This document shows positions 48,501 to 57,243 of a stretch of DNA of 64,000 bases, piece after piece. Every line of letters starts with the position of its first letter. The stretch's first letter is position 1. A program made the position numbers and the translations under genes. The notes under the pieces were generated by a model. That model ran no database searches and was not told the DNA's origin. It saw nothing but the letters and a program-made list of their open reading frames with translations. Location of the stretch: the NCBI GenBank assembly GCA_965261395.1, contig OZ253462.1:5024001-5088000 (forward strand). The letters are read 5' to 3'. This stretch comes from Candidatus Latescibacterota bacterium. Lineage in GTDB: Bacteria; Latescibacterota; UBA2968; UBA8231.

Positions 48501-49001
48501 CTGTGGGAAGCTCTCGGGAAGGCCTGCGGATTTAAATACAATGCCGAGCAAGGCAAGCCGTACGCTGTCGCCGGCCCCAGCACCGAGCGTACCTGCGGCA
48601 GCGTGAAGCCCATAGGAACGCCGACCGAGAGTCACGAGCTCCGTAAGCAGTTCAGTCACGTCATCCGGCAGCCGTGCAAGACCCCGGGCACTGGCACCAT
48701 CTTCCGGAAAATGGTAGTCAATCCACAGAAAGCGTAGCATCTTCGCCAAGTGCGATTTGCCGCTGCCAAAGAATCCGCTCACCCAAGCCGCTGGCTGCTC
48801 GGGCTGGCCCTGGTTGCTGAGGTAGGAATCGAGGATGCGGACGAGACCCCTCCGGTATTCCCCTTCGCAGACGAAATGCTCAAGTTCGAAACGCAAGGTG
48901 CGGCGTTCGTCCTCGTCTAAGGCGTCTGTCATCGTGGCAACGCCGTTGTTCAGCAGCGTGATCTCGCTGGGGTCCCGTTGGTAGATTTCCCGATTTTTCA
49001 T
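45555..49001 (-). CDS. brxC: BREX P-loop ATPase BrxC
   Basis: WVSGFFGSGKSH, ILDEVQQYIG, LQGRF, YPLLP and PPYGWPRDA motifs. Start MKNREIY overlaps the brxB stop. Confidence 0.95.
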   Translation of the reverse strand: MKNREIYQRDPSEITLLNNGVATMTDALDEDERRTLRFELEHFVCEGEYRRGLVRILDSYLSNQGQPEQPAAWVSGFFGSGKSHLAKMLRFLWIDYHFPEDGASARGLARLPDDVTELLTELVTLGRRSYGLHAAAGTLGAGAGDSVRLALLGIVFKSAGLPESFPQAQFCLWLRKNDIYDPVRIAVEAEGRDFRRELNDLYVSPLIARALLATDPDFAGSERDARAALRDQFPKPEDITTHEFVTALQDTLAPEGELPCTVIILDEVQQYIGEDSSRSYEVQGVVEDCSKRFGDRLLLLGTGQTALSSTPALQRLQGRFTVNVELSDIDVEVVTRRVVLAKRPDRTNAVKSTLDDNTGEINRHLVSTRIGPRSEDEAVLVEDYPLLPVRRRFWEHTLRAVDRAGTAGQLRTQLRIVYDAIRYTADDPVGTVVPADFLFEEISPNLLRSGVLLREVNETIFKQDDGTPDGRLKLRLCALVFLIRKLPREAGIDIGVRATEETLADLLVKDLAQDGATLRGRLPALLDELTSDSTLMKLEDEYSLQTRESSEWENEFRNRQTRLVNDLTQMSSKRAQLLGAAVQEEIGSVRLLHGTCKEPRKLALHLGAEPPLGATHEIPVWIRDGWGADEGSVVADARADGSDSPVIHVFLPKSRADDLARVVAAQAAANETLEYKGVPSTAEGIEARQGMETRRTEAANNQRSLVAAIVGEAKVYQGGGSERLGATLQDKIREAANASLDRLFHDFRDADDGRWSRVIERARRGDEHPLEVLDYDGKTEDYRVCSEVLSFVGSGKKGKEVRDHFSAPPYGWPRDAIDAALISLFGAGHLRATANGTPLKPRELDQAKVSVSDFRVESAIIDTRQRIKVRGLFRSVGVTCKPNEEAMAAAEFLAKLDRLAQSAGGDAPLPERPDTSHLRDLQSLAGNEQLVGILDRYDELQKNIEDWTKAGNLAEKRLPSYERLLSLASHAAKEMDVASETQPQIGAIAVNRSLLADSDPVPDLTRMLVDALRTALVEAETGFSTTYDEELEQLESAESWREIEQAERDRILEDLRIEKVTKGATGTEQEVLESLGRISLYDWRTRTAALPQLFADARIRADKLVEPKTHHFKPRRTTLRTPEDVKDWLGETERELLKQVEQGPIVVS

Positions 49002-49567
49002 ACCGCGTATGCCTCTCGATCCTCGTGCAAAGTGATCGGAACCGCGAGGTAGTTCCACCCGTCCCGAGCATCCATCAATCGATAGTTGTTGTTCTCGTAT
49101 TCTCCGGGGAAAAACACCACCACGCGCCCTCGGATATCCCGCTCGATCGCCTCCATGAGCTCCGATACGCGAACAAAACCAAACAGCGAGGCCACGCCGT
49201 AGATACTGACCACCGCGTTTTCATCGGCCTCGGGGACTTCCAGGACATCCTTTACGCGCCCGGCCACATGCTCCAGAAAATCGGATTCCAGCTTGAGCTC
49301 CAGATCCTCCGGTGATTCGAAATAGCTGTCGCGATACTCGGTATTGGCCATCCACTGAGCAAAGACGTCGGTTAGATCACATTCAATCCAGCCGTGGCCT
49401 GCTTCCTTGGTCGCCATCTCGAATAATCCCTTACGTACCCGTAGGCGTTTTTCATCTGTCTTGTCATAGACTACGAAGATAACCCGCTGGGCACCGGATA
49501 GGTGCTTTTGCCAAGGCAACGCAATATAGCGCTTGTACCGCTCCGCCAGTGTATCAATGTGACTCAT
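48998..49567 (-). CDS. brxB: BREX protein BrxB (DUF1788)
   Basis: VVVFFPGEY...YRLMDARDGWNYLA; sits directly before brxC. Confidence 0.85.
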   Translation of the reverse strand: MSHIDTLAERYKRYIALPWQKHLSGAQRVIFVVYDKTDEKRLRVRKGLFEMATKEAGHGWIECDLTDVFAQWMANTEYRDSYFESPEDLELKLESDFLEHVAGRVKDVLEVPEADENAVVSIYGVASLFGFVRVSELMEAIERDIRGRVVVFFPGEYENNNYRLMDARDGWNYLAVPITLHEDREAYAV

Positions 49568-50387
49568 GGATCACCTTCTGTTCTTGTTGAGTGAAGCTGG
49601 CAAAGAATGCCGGAAATGAGACTTCGACGATTGACCCCGCTTGCTTGAGTTCGAGTAGCCCCCGGCTCCGGGCAGCAGAGGCGGACTCCAGAAGTTCGTC
49701 CGGCGCGGCATCCATAATGGCGACCCAAGGGGACTCAAACAGCCGCAGGCCCCGCCGGCCTACGGCAAACCCTAACAACAGGGCGTAGGCGGTTGCCGCT
49801 GGCGTTGTTTCCACCGGCAGCCTTACCTTGCGGCCTCGTCCGCGAAAGTGGCCGGCCTGTGTCCACGAGGAAGAAGCGTTGCGCACCACCTTGTCCAGAG
49901 TGGCAGCGCCGAAGCGATCACCAACTACTGCAGAAACGGCGTCCAGCATAGACTGCCGAGCGAACTCGTGGCTGTGGGGGGTATTAATGACGGCCAATAC
50001 GGTCGAACGAAGCAGCGGGTCTCGAGCGAGGGCCAGCAACATGGCCATTAGTGGGCGGCTGCTCTCGTGACTGCTCCAGAGGTCTTTCAGTATCCGAAAC
50101 AGAATCACTCGGGGGTCAAGGCCGTAGAGCTCGATCAGATGTTGCAGAGAGTGCTTGCGGTTTGCCGTCGTCCGCTTGCCCAAGCAGTTTTCTTCCATCA
50201 CGGCAGCCGTGTAGTCCGCACGGCTAGCATTACCTCGAACTACATCTAGCAGCAGAGATAGCTCTTCGAGCATGATCGTGCGACTGCTGTGGGTACCTCT
50301 GGCTCCCCGACGGAACCCCCAAGCCGTAGCCTGAGTATCTGTCAGCCGATCAATTTCGACTTCAAAATTCAAGTAAGATATGTCCAT
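49554..50387 (-). CDS. BrxA-like BREX protein
   Basis: First gene of the BREX operon; ENCLGKRT, ARDPLLR and SSWTQAGH motifs; overlaps the brxB start. Confidence 0.7.
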   Translation of the reverse strand: MDISYLNFEVEIDRLTDTQATAWGFRRGARGTHSSRTIMLEELSLLLDVVRGNASRADYTAAVMEENCLGKRTTANRKHSLQHLIELYGLDPRVILFRILKDLWSSHESSRPLMAMLLALARDPLLRSTVLAVINTPHSHEFARQSMLDAVSAVVGDRFGAATLDKVVRNASSSWTQAGHFRGRGRKVRLPVETTPAATAYALLLGFAVGRRGLRLFESPWVAIMDAAPDELLESASAARSRGLLELKQAGSIVEVSFPAFFASFTQQEQKVIHESH

Positions 50388-50395
50388 GGTGGCAT

Positions 50396-50424
50396 ATAAT
50401 AATGAAAACCAATTTTCTTGTCAA
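50396..50424 (-). promoter_or_regulatory. Sigma70 promoter of the BREX operon, TTGACA-N17-TATTAT
   Basis: -35 at 50424-50419, -10 at 50401-50396; ATG at 50387. Confidence 0.75.
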
Positions 50425-50428
50425 TATC

Positions 50429-50468
50429 TCTTATTTTTCACCGGCAAACTGGCCGGTGAAAAATAAGA
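50429..50468. promoter_or_regulatory. 17-bp perfect inverted repeat next to the BREX -35 box
   Basis: TCTTATTTTTCACCGGC-AAACTG-GCCGGTGAAAAATAAGA. Confidence 0.65.
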
Positions 50469-50778
50469 CAGCCTAATAGAACTTCTACAAGTAATCCTAC
50501 CGACGCCGCTCCAACAGCGAGACCTAGATATAATCCGGCCCCCTCCCGGTGAATGACACCCCCGAAATCGGAGTGCCGTCGCCCATTACCCTAACACAGT
50601 ACTGGCCGTCCGAAGGGCGGAATCTGTCAGATGTTTACGAGGGAACTCACGGCAAGCGACAACAACTAGGGGCAGAAACGTACCCGCGATGACTGTTCGG
50701 CACTACGCGTGTTATAGTTGAAGGAGAAGATCGATACGAGTCGGGGTAACGCGAGTCTTTAGTTCGGCTCTTTACAGC

Positions 50779-52251
50779 CTACAACTCCTTGCGGTAGCGC
50801 TGCGAAGGAATTTTTAGTTGATCGCGGTATTTGGCCACGGTCCGCCGCGCAATTCTCAAGCCACCCTTGCTCAGCTCCTCGACAATCTGTTGGTCCGAAA
50901 GCGGCCGGACCTTGTCCTCGTCGGCGACGAGCTGCGAAATTTTCTCCTTCACCGAGCGCACGGACACGTCTTCGCCCTCGTCCGTGCTGAGCTTGTTGTT
51001 GAAGAAGTACTTCAGTTCAAAGACCCCGTGCGGCGTCTGCATGTACTTGCCGTTGCTAACGCGGCTAATAGTCGATACGTGCATCCCCACAGCGTCGGCC
51101 ACATCCTGCAAGACCAAGGGCCGCAGACGCGCCGGCCCTTCCTCGAAGAAAGGCAACTGCGCCTGCAAAAGGTAGCCGGCTACCTTGAGCATGGTCGTGC
51201 GGCGCTGGTGGATGGCGTTGATGAGCCAGCGGGCGTCGTTGAGATTCTTGGACACGTAGTCCTTGACGGCGTCCTTGCTGTTGCCGCGGAAGTTGCTGAG
51301 CTGCTGCTGGTACGCAGAATTGATCTTTAAGGACGGCATGGATCCGTCGGCCAGCGACGCGACCCACTCCCCGCCAACCTGCTCGACGACCAAGTCCGGC
51401 GTGATGTACGCGACCTCGGTATCTAGCGTCAAGAGCTTGTTGTAGTCCCTGCTCGCAGACAGGCCCGGATGCGGCTGTAAGCGCTCGATCACCTGCAAAA
51501 CTTCTTTGAGCTTCTCGTTGGAGATATCCAAGGAGCGGGTGATGCGCTGCAGACGCCGCCGCGTCAGGTCCTCTAGGTGATCGCACACCACCTGTAAGGC
51601 CAGCGCGCTGAGCGGGTCGTCGCGCTGACTCAACTGGATCATCAGACACTCGCGCAGGTCGCGCGCGCCGACCCCTGGCGGGTCAAAGGTCTGAATGACG
51701 CGCAGTACCTTTTCCACGGCCGCGACTTCGACCGCTAGGTCGGCGGCGATCTCGGCGAGCGAGCAGCCAACGTAACCGCGCTCGTCGATATTGCCGATGA
51801 TGTACTCGGCGATAGCCCGCTCTTCCGGCCCCAAATCGCCAAGCTCGCCTAGCTGATTGTACAGGTGCTCTAAGAGGGGCGGCATGGCGGTGATGCGGTT
51901 TGCCTGTGGCTCGCGGTCGGTCTCCCAATTGGGATCGTATTCCGTGCGTTCGCTGTTGTACGCGCCCGCGTCGAACTGGTCGTCCAACAGCGCATCCCAA
52001 TCGACCTTCTCCATGTCCTCGGGCAGTTCCTCCTCTTCCTTGATCCCCTCCTCCTCCCGCTCAAGCAACTCTTCTTCCCCTTCTTCGCGCAACTCGACCG
52101 CCTCTTCGAGCAAGGGATTGAGTTCGAGTTGCTGCTTGACCTCCAGCGTCAAATCCAAGGTGGACATCTGCAACAGCCGCAGCGATTGGATGAGCTGCGG
52201 TGCCATCTTTTGCTGGAGGCGTAAGCTGGTATTTTGCTCGGGACGAAGCAT
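50779..52251 (-). CDS. rpoN: RNA polymerase sigma-54 factor
   Basis: PQLIQSLRLLQM, PPGVGARDLRECL, HVSTISR and the RpoN box ARRTVAKYR. Confidence 0.98.
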   Translation of the reverse strand: MLRPEQNTSLRLQQKMAPQLIQSLRLLQMSTLDLTLEVKQQLELNPLLEEAVELREEGEEELLEREEEGIKEEEELPEDMEKVDWDALLDDQFDAGAYNSERTEYDPNWETDREPQANRITAMPPLLEHLYNQLGELGDLGPEERAIAEYIIGNIDERGYVGCSLAEIAADLAVEVAAVEKVLRVIQTFDPPGVGARDLRECLMIQLSQRDDPLSALALQVVCDHLEDLTRRRLQRITRSLDISNEKLKEVLQVIERLQPHPGLSASRDYNKLLTLDTEVAYITPDLVVEQVGGEWVASLADGSMPSLKINSAYQQQLSNFRGNSKDAVKDYVSKNLNDARWLINAIHQRRTTMLKVAGYLLQAQLPFFEEGPARLRPLVLQDVADAVGMHVSTISRVSNGKYMQTPHGVFELKYFFNNKLSTDEGEDVSVRSVKEKISQLVADEDKVRPLSDQQIVEELSKGGLRIARRTVAKYRDQLKIPSQRYRKEL

Positions 52252-52354
52252 TGAATAAGTTGTTGTGAATTAATTACTTAATAAAAATTACCCGTCCTGC
52301 TAGTAGCTGTACAAACAAGCCCGTGCAGTGAGAAAAGTCAAGGTGCAAGCGCAC

Positions 52355-53086
52355 CTACCTATCTACCCGCCGACTAAAACGCTCGCCGAGATAGATCCGC
52401 CGCACCTGCTCGTCGGCAATTAGCTCCTCTGCCGTGCCCGCCGTTAAAATTTTGCCGTCTACTAAGATGTAGGCGCGCGCGGCGATTGCCAAGGTCTCGC
52501 GCACGTTGTGATCGGTAATCAGCACGCCCAAGCCCCGGCCTCTTAGTTCGGCGATGATGTTCTGGATGTCTTCGACCGTGCGCGGATCAATGCCGGCAAA
52601 AGGCTCGTCGAGGAGCATGTAGTGAGGCTCGCAAGCCAAGGCCCGCGCGATCTCAACTCGGCGCGTCTCGCCGCCCGAAAGCGTGTCGGCGCGCTGGTCG
52701 GCGCGCGCTAGCAAGTCCAGCTCGGTCAATAGCTGCCGTTGGCGCGCAACGATGCGCGCCTTGTTGAGCCCCTGCGCCTCCAAGACCGCGCGGATGTTGT
52801 CGGCCACGCTCAGCTTGCGAAAAATGGAGGTCTCCTGCGGCAGGTAGCCAATGCCCATCTGCGCGCGGCGATACATCGGCAGCCCGGTGATGTCCGCACC
52901 GTTGAGCAAGATGCTGCCCCCGTCCGGCGCGGCAAAGCCAACGATGCTGTGAAAGGTCGTGGTCTTGCCCGCGCCATTGGGACCCAACAGACCGACGACC
53001 TCCCCTGGCTCGACGCGAATGCTGACCCCATCGACGACCGCCCGGCCCCCGTAGTGCTTGCTCAATGCGCGCGTTTCCAATGCCAT
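52355..53086 (-). CDS. lptB: LPS export ABC transporter ATPase
   Basis: GPNGAGKTT, YLPQETSIFRKL, LSGGE, LLDEPFAGIDP and ITDHNVRETL motifs; upstream of rpoN. Confidence 0.95.
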   Translation of the reverse strand: MALETRALSKHYGGRAVVDGVSIRVEPGEVVGLLGPNGAGKTTTFHSIVGFAAPDGGSILLNGADITGLPMYRRAQMGIGYLPQETSIFRKLSVADNIRAVLEAQGLNKARIVARQRQLLTELDLLARADQRADTLSGGETRRVEIARALACEPHYMLLDEPFAGIDPRTVEDIQNIIAELRGRGLGVLITDHNVRETLAIAARAYILVDGKILTAGTAEELIADEQVRRIYLGERFSRRVDR

Positions 53087-53087
53087 C

Positions 53088-54917
53088 TTACGGCTCTTCC
53101 GCGGGTGGATAGTAACGGCCTTCGATCTCCGGCCCGACTCGCACCTCGGCCAGCGACCCAGCGTCAAAGCGGATATCCAACTCTTCGCCGCTAACCTCGT
53201 TGACGGCAATCTCTTCGTCCTCTTGGAGCCGCGTGACCAACTCGGCCGCGCCCTTCACCAAGGCACGGCGCAATCCCGTCGCGTCAAAGTACAGGGTCAT
53301 CTGCTGCCCGCGAAAGCGATTTATTTCTTCGTTCTCGGCCCGGCGGTGCGTCACGTCGGCTGCGGAACTCACTTCGACCCGTTCCAAATCCCCGTCGGCC
53401 ATAAAGACTTGCCCACCTAGGCCCTCGATCCAGCTATGGCGGTCGCCCACCTCAATTTGGCCGCTCACTTGGCCGGGTATGGCGATCCACTCGACTCGGT
53501 TGTCCGCCAATGCGACGACCATGGAATCGGCCATCAATCGGCTGTGGTAGTCGCGCTCGCCGTCTTGCTCTTCCAACACCACGCCCTCGGCCACCAGCAC
53601 CCGCATGGAATCCGCTTCGTATGCACCGCGCTCGGCCGCAACCTCCAGCCCTTCGGTATGCAGTGCAAAACCACCGGCCCCGACCAACTGTCCCCGCACG
53701 AGATCGAAGCGCAATACAGGGGCGGCGAGTACAAGCTCGTGCTGGCGCAGCGAGGGCGCCCCCCGCACCCACCCAGTCTCCTGCTCCAAGTCAAAAAAGA
53801 GCGAATCGCCGGCCAGTGAGCCATCCAACTCGGGTGCCGTTAGGACAATCGCGCCCTCGGCATAGACTTGGCCATCGCGCAAATAGCGGAGAGTTTGCGC
53901 CGTCAACTCGCGCGCTCCTGCACGCAAGACCGCCCCACCCTGTGCCGTCAGTTCGCGCTTGGAGCGCGAATACGCCAACTGGCGTGCCTCAATCTGCCGC
54001 TCGCCCTGCACAAAGGTCGCTGGCTCCCCGCGGGCCTGCAACAGCTTTGCGCTGCGGTCGTCCTCGACTTCTTCTGCCCGCAGCTCGGCCCCCTCCTCTC
54101 GGTAGCGGACCGCGCCGTGCGCCACTAGCCGCTGCTTTTCTGCATCCACCGAGACCTCGCCGGCCGTAAATTGCGCCAGCGAGTCGGCCCCCTCGACCCC
54201 CCCACTGATATCGAAGCGGCGGGCCTGCGGTAGGAACGTGGCGCGCGGCCCGGTCAATCGTACTCCGTCGTAGCGCACCTCGACGCTATCGTAGGCGATC
54301 TTTTGCACGCCCTCGACGCGGCGGCTTTCCTCGCGCTGGGCGCGCACCTCCACGACCACTCCGTCCCGGCCACGCCAGAGGCCCTCGACGGCTTCCAAGG
54401 ACCACGCATCCACGGCGAAATTGCTCGTGAGATTGCGCCCCCACTCCCGTCCCTCGCGGACCTCCACCCGCAACGCGCCCGGAATGCGCAATTGCTCGTG
54501 CGCGCTTTCCCACAGCAGGGTGTCGGCTTGCACCTCTAGGCTGTCCCCGGCGCGCAAGACTACGCCACCGGCCAAGCCAAAGCGATCTCGCTTATGGTCT
54601 ATAACCAAGCGCTCGGCCCGCAGCGTCGAAACGGCCTCGTCTCCGCGGAACGCGACCTCTACGCCGCCGGTGGCGATGACCTGCTCGGACTTAGAAAATT
54701 CGCGCAAATAAGCGGCGCGGATCTGGATGCGGTGGCCGGGGCGTCCCATCTCGATGTGCGCGTCCCATGCTTCCCCATCGACCTCGGGAATCTGCAGCGG
54801 CTCTTCGGGCACTTCTCCCGCGCCGCAGGCCCAGAGCATGGCCCCGCAGCAACCAGCGCGAAAAAGCCGCGCTCCCCTTGGGAAAGCGCGGCCCTCTGAG
54901 ACAATTGTCCCGCCCAC
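53088..54917 (-). CDS. LptC/LptA (OstA-like) multi-beta-jellyroll lipoprotein
   Basis: Lipobox-like LWAC; repeated 'A..L.Y...' beta-strand units; lies before lptB. Start uncertain. Confidence 0.7.
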   Translation of the reverse strand: MGGTIVSEGRAFPRGARLFRAGCCGAMLWACGAGEVPEEPLQIPEVDGEAWDAHIEMGRPGHRIQIRAAYLREFSKSEQVIATGGVEVAFRGDEAVSTLRAERLVIDHKRDRFGLAGGVVLRAGDSLEVQADTLLWESAHEQLRIPGALRVEVREGREWGRNLTSNFAVDAWSLEAVEGLWRGRDGVVVEVRAQREESRRVEGVQKIAYDSVEVRYDGVRLTGPRATFLPQARRFDISGGVEGADSLAQFTAGEVSVDAEKQRLVAHGAVRYREEGAELRAEEVEDDRSAKLLQARGEPATFVQGERQIEARQLAYSRSKRELTAQGGAVLRAGARELTAQTLRYLRDGQVYAEGAIVLTAPELDGSLAGDSLFFDLEQETGWVRGAPSLRQHELVLAAPVLRFDLVRGQLVGAGGFALHTEGLEVAAERGAYEADSMRVLVAEGVVLEEQDGERDYHSRLMADSMVVALADNRVEWIAIPGQVSGQIEVGDRHSWIEGLGGQVFMADGDLERVEVSSAADVTHRRAENEEINRFRGQQMTLYFDATGLRRALVKGAAELVTRLQEDEEIAVNEVSGEELDIRFDAGSLAEVRVGPEIEGRYYPPAEEP

Positions 54918-54921
54918 CGAA

Positions 54922-56709
54922 CTAGGAGGCCGCCGCCTGCCGCTCCTCATGGCTTGCGACCTCCTGCTGGTAGGCCAGCGCGGCCTCGACAAACCCGGCA
55001 AACAAGGGTGAGGGATTGTCCATCCGCGACTTGAACTCGGGATGGGCTTGGGTGGCGATGAAGAAGCGGTGATCCGGCAACTCGATAAACTCCATCAAGC
55101 GGGTGCCGTCCACGCGGCGATGATACCCCGAAAAGACCAGCCCCTCCTCTTCGAGCAGCTCGACGAAGCGGGGTGAGACCTCGTAGCGATGGCGGTGGCG
55201 CTCTAGGGCGACTTTGTCGCGTTCCAGCATGACCAAGCCAACGCGGAACGCCTGGTCGGGCTTGGCCAGCAGTTGTTCTATGCGAAGAGCATCTTCGTCG
55301 AGGCGGCCTGTCGCCTCGTAAACCTGGAGGACACGGCTGTCGTTTTTGAACACCGCGGCGTACGCGCCCAAGCGCATGCTGCCGCCGTAGCGGTTTTGCT
55401 CTAGCGCGCTCTTCTGCGCCTCTTGGACGCAGATGACCTGCCACTCGGAATCCGCGTCGAACTCTTCGGAGGTGGCCCCGGCGATCCCGGCGACATTGCG
55501 GGCGTATTCGATCACGGCAAGCTGCAAGCCGTAGCACAGGCCCAAATAGGGAATGTTGTGCTCGCGGGCGTAGCGAATGGCCGCAATCACGCCTTCGGCC
55601 CCTCCCGCGCCAAAGGCCCCGGGGACGATAATGCCGTCGAAGGCGTCGAGTTCTGACAGCTCCATTTCGCCGCGCTCAAACTGGTGGCCGTCAATCCAGG
55701 TGATCTCGACCCGCGCATCCGATGCCACGCCAGCGTGTATCAGCGACTGGTTGACCGAGATATACGAGTCCGTGAGCTGAAAGTCGCCCGTGACCACGTA
55801 TTTGCCGACCATGGCCACGCGGACGCACCGGCTCGGATGCCGGCTGCGTTTGACTAACTCCCGCCAAGGCCGCCAGTCCGGGGTCTTCTTGGGCGCGCAG
55901 CCGAGCCGGCTGAGGATCTTCTCGCCGAGTCCCTCTTCTTCCAAAACCAGCGGAATGTTGTAGATCGTCTCCGAGTCCGGGGCCGAAATGATGTGGTCGT
56001 TGGGTACGTTGGCACCGATCTGGATCTTTTTCTTGCGCACCTCGTCGGTGGCCGTCTCGGCGCGACAGACGATGAAATCGGGAAAAATGCCGTGTTCGCT
56101 GAGCATGCGAATGGCCTGCTGCGTGGGCTTGGTCTTCATCTCGCCGACGTGCGGCGGTATGGGAAGATAGGTAATCAGCGCGTACGCAAAGTGCTCCTTG
56201 CCCAAGTCGCGCTCCAAGGTCTTCATGGCGAAGAGGAACGGCTCGTTCTCATAGTCGCCGACAATGCCACCGATCTCGACCAGCACGATGTCGTAGCCCG
56301 CGCCCGCCTCCTGCAAGCGACGGGTGATCTCATCCGTAATGTGGGGGATCGGCTGCACGGTCTCGCCGAGGTACTCGCCGCGGCGCTCGCGCTCGATGAC
56401 CGTGAGGTAAATCTGCCCGGTAGTCAGGTTGTTGGAGCGCGGCAAATCCAACCCCAAGAAGCGCTCGTAATTGCCCAAATCCTGATCTATTTCGCCGCCG
56501 TCGTCCGTCACCCATACCTCGCCGTGCTCGGTGGGCCGCATGGTGCCGGCGTCGTAGTTTATATACGGATCAATCTTGACGGCTGTGGTGCTGTAGCCGT
56601 ATTGCTGCAGGATCTTGCCCATGGAAGCTGTGGTCAAGCCCTTGCCCACACCGCTTATCACGCCGCCGGTCACGACGACGTATTTGGGGCCTTTGTATTC
56701 TCTGGCCAC
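54922..56709 (-). CDS. pyrG: CTP synthase
   Basis: TGGVISGVGKG, KIDPYIN, DLGNYERF, KTKPTQ, GLCYGLQ, ERHRHRYE and QAHPEFKS motifs. Confidence 0.98.
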   Translation of the reverse strand: MAREYKGPKYVVVTGGVISGVGKGLTTASMGKILQQYGYSTTAVKIDPYINYDAGTMRPTEHGEVWVTDDGGEIDQDLGNYERFLGLDLPRSNNLTTGQIYLTVIERERRGEYLGETVQPIPHITDEITRRLQEAGAGYDIVLVEIGGIVGDYENEPFLFAMKTLERDLGKEHFAYALITYLPIPPHVGEMKTKPTQQAIRMLSEHGIFPDFIVCRAETATDEVRKKKIQIGANVPNDHIISAPDSETIYNIPLVLEEEGLGEKILSRLGCAPKKTPDWRPWRELVKRSRHPSRCVRVAMVGKYVVTGDFQLTDSYISVNQSLIHAGVASDARVEITWIDGHQFERGEMELSELDAFDGIIVPGAFGAGGAEGVIAAIRYAREHNIPYLGLCYGLQLAVIEYARNVAGIAGATSEEFDADSEWQVICVQEAQKSALEQNRYGGSMRLGAYAAVFKNDSRVLQVYEATGRLDEDALRIEQLLAKPDQAFRVGLVMLERDKVALERHRHRYEVSPRFVELLEEEGLVFSGYHRRVDGTRLMEFIELPDHRFFIATQAHPEFKSRMDNPSPLFAGFVEAALAYQQEVASHEERQAAAS

Positions 56710-56733
56710 GTTGCGCGCTCCTCCGTGCTACCC

Positions 56734-56771
56734 AAAAAAAGAAGCGGAGACAGGGCCCTGTCTCCGCTTCT
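56734..56771 (-). terminator. Intrinsic terminator between gatC and pyrG
   Basis: Perfect palindrome AGAAGCGGAGACAGGGCCCTGTCTCCGCTTCT followed by a T-run on the minus strand. Confidence 0.7.
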
Positions 56772-56775
56772 CTAT

Positions 56776-57063
56776 TCACTCGATAATTCTCGGAACCTTG
56801 AAGTAACCCTCCTGGCGCTGCGGAGCCGCCGCTGCAATCTCGGCCGTCGCGGGAAAGGGCGTTGCCTCGTCGCGACGAAACGCGTTGGCGAGGGGCAGTA
56901 CGTGAGACGTTGGCTCTACGCCAGTGGTGTCTAGCTCGTTGAGCTTGTCCATGTAGCGCAAGATGCGGTTGAGTTCCTCCACCAGCCTTTCCTCCTCTGC
57001 GGGCGAAAAGCGCAACCGAGCCAACTCGGCGACCCCGTGGACCTCTGCTGTAGTAACCGCCAT
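56776..57063 (-). CDS. gatC: Asp-tRNA(Asn)/Glu-tRNA(Gln) amidotransferase subunit C
   Basis: VAELARL, LNELDTTGVEPTSH and YFKVPRII motifs. Confidence 0.95.
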   Translation of the reverse strand: MAVTTAEVHGVAELARLRFSPAEEERLVEELNRILRYMDKLNELDTTGVEPTSHVLPLANAFRRDEATPFPATAEIAAAAPQRQEGYFKVPRIIE

Positions 57064-57243
57064 AGGTGAACTTTGAACTTAGCTCAAAAAAAGACGGGGC
57101 TGGCTGCGCCGACCCCTTCCTCTTCGCAAAACAGTGTTAAATATCACGCATCGCCAAAGGTAGCGCAAGGGCTTGTAGCGCGGCACCTCAATGCCTATAC
57201 TTTGCCGCACGGCAAGCAAAAGACTCTCATCCCATAAAGTCCC

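Noticed and set aside
50470-50778. Possible ncRNA or gene remnant between BREX and rpoN
   Set aside because: No convincing ORF, structure or recognisable motif.
32990-50780. BREX island as an integrative element or prophage
   Set aside because: No integrase, tRNA target or flanking att repeats found by eye.
55993-56934. 313-aa + strand ORF and the many similar overlapping ORFs
   Set aside because: Shadows of GC-rich real genes (pyrG, gatC, smc, BREX genes).
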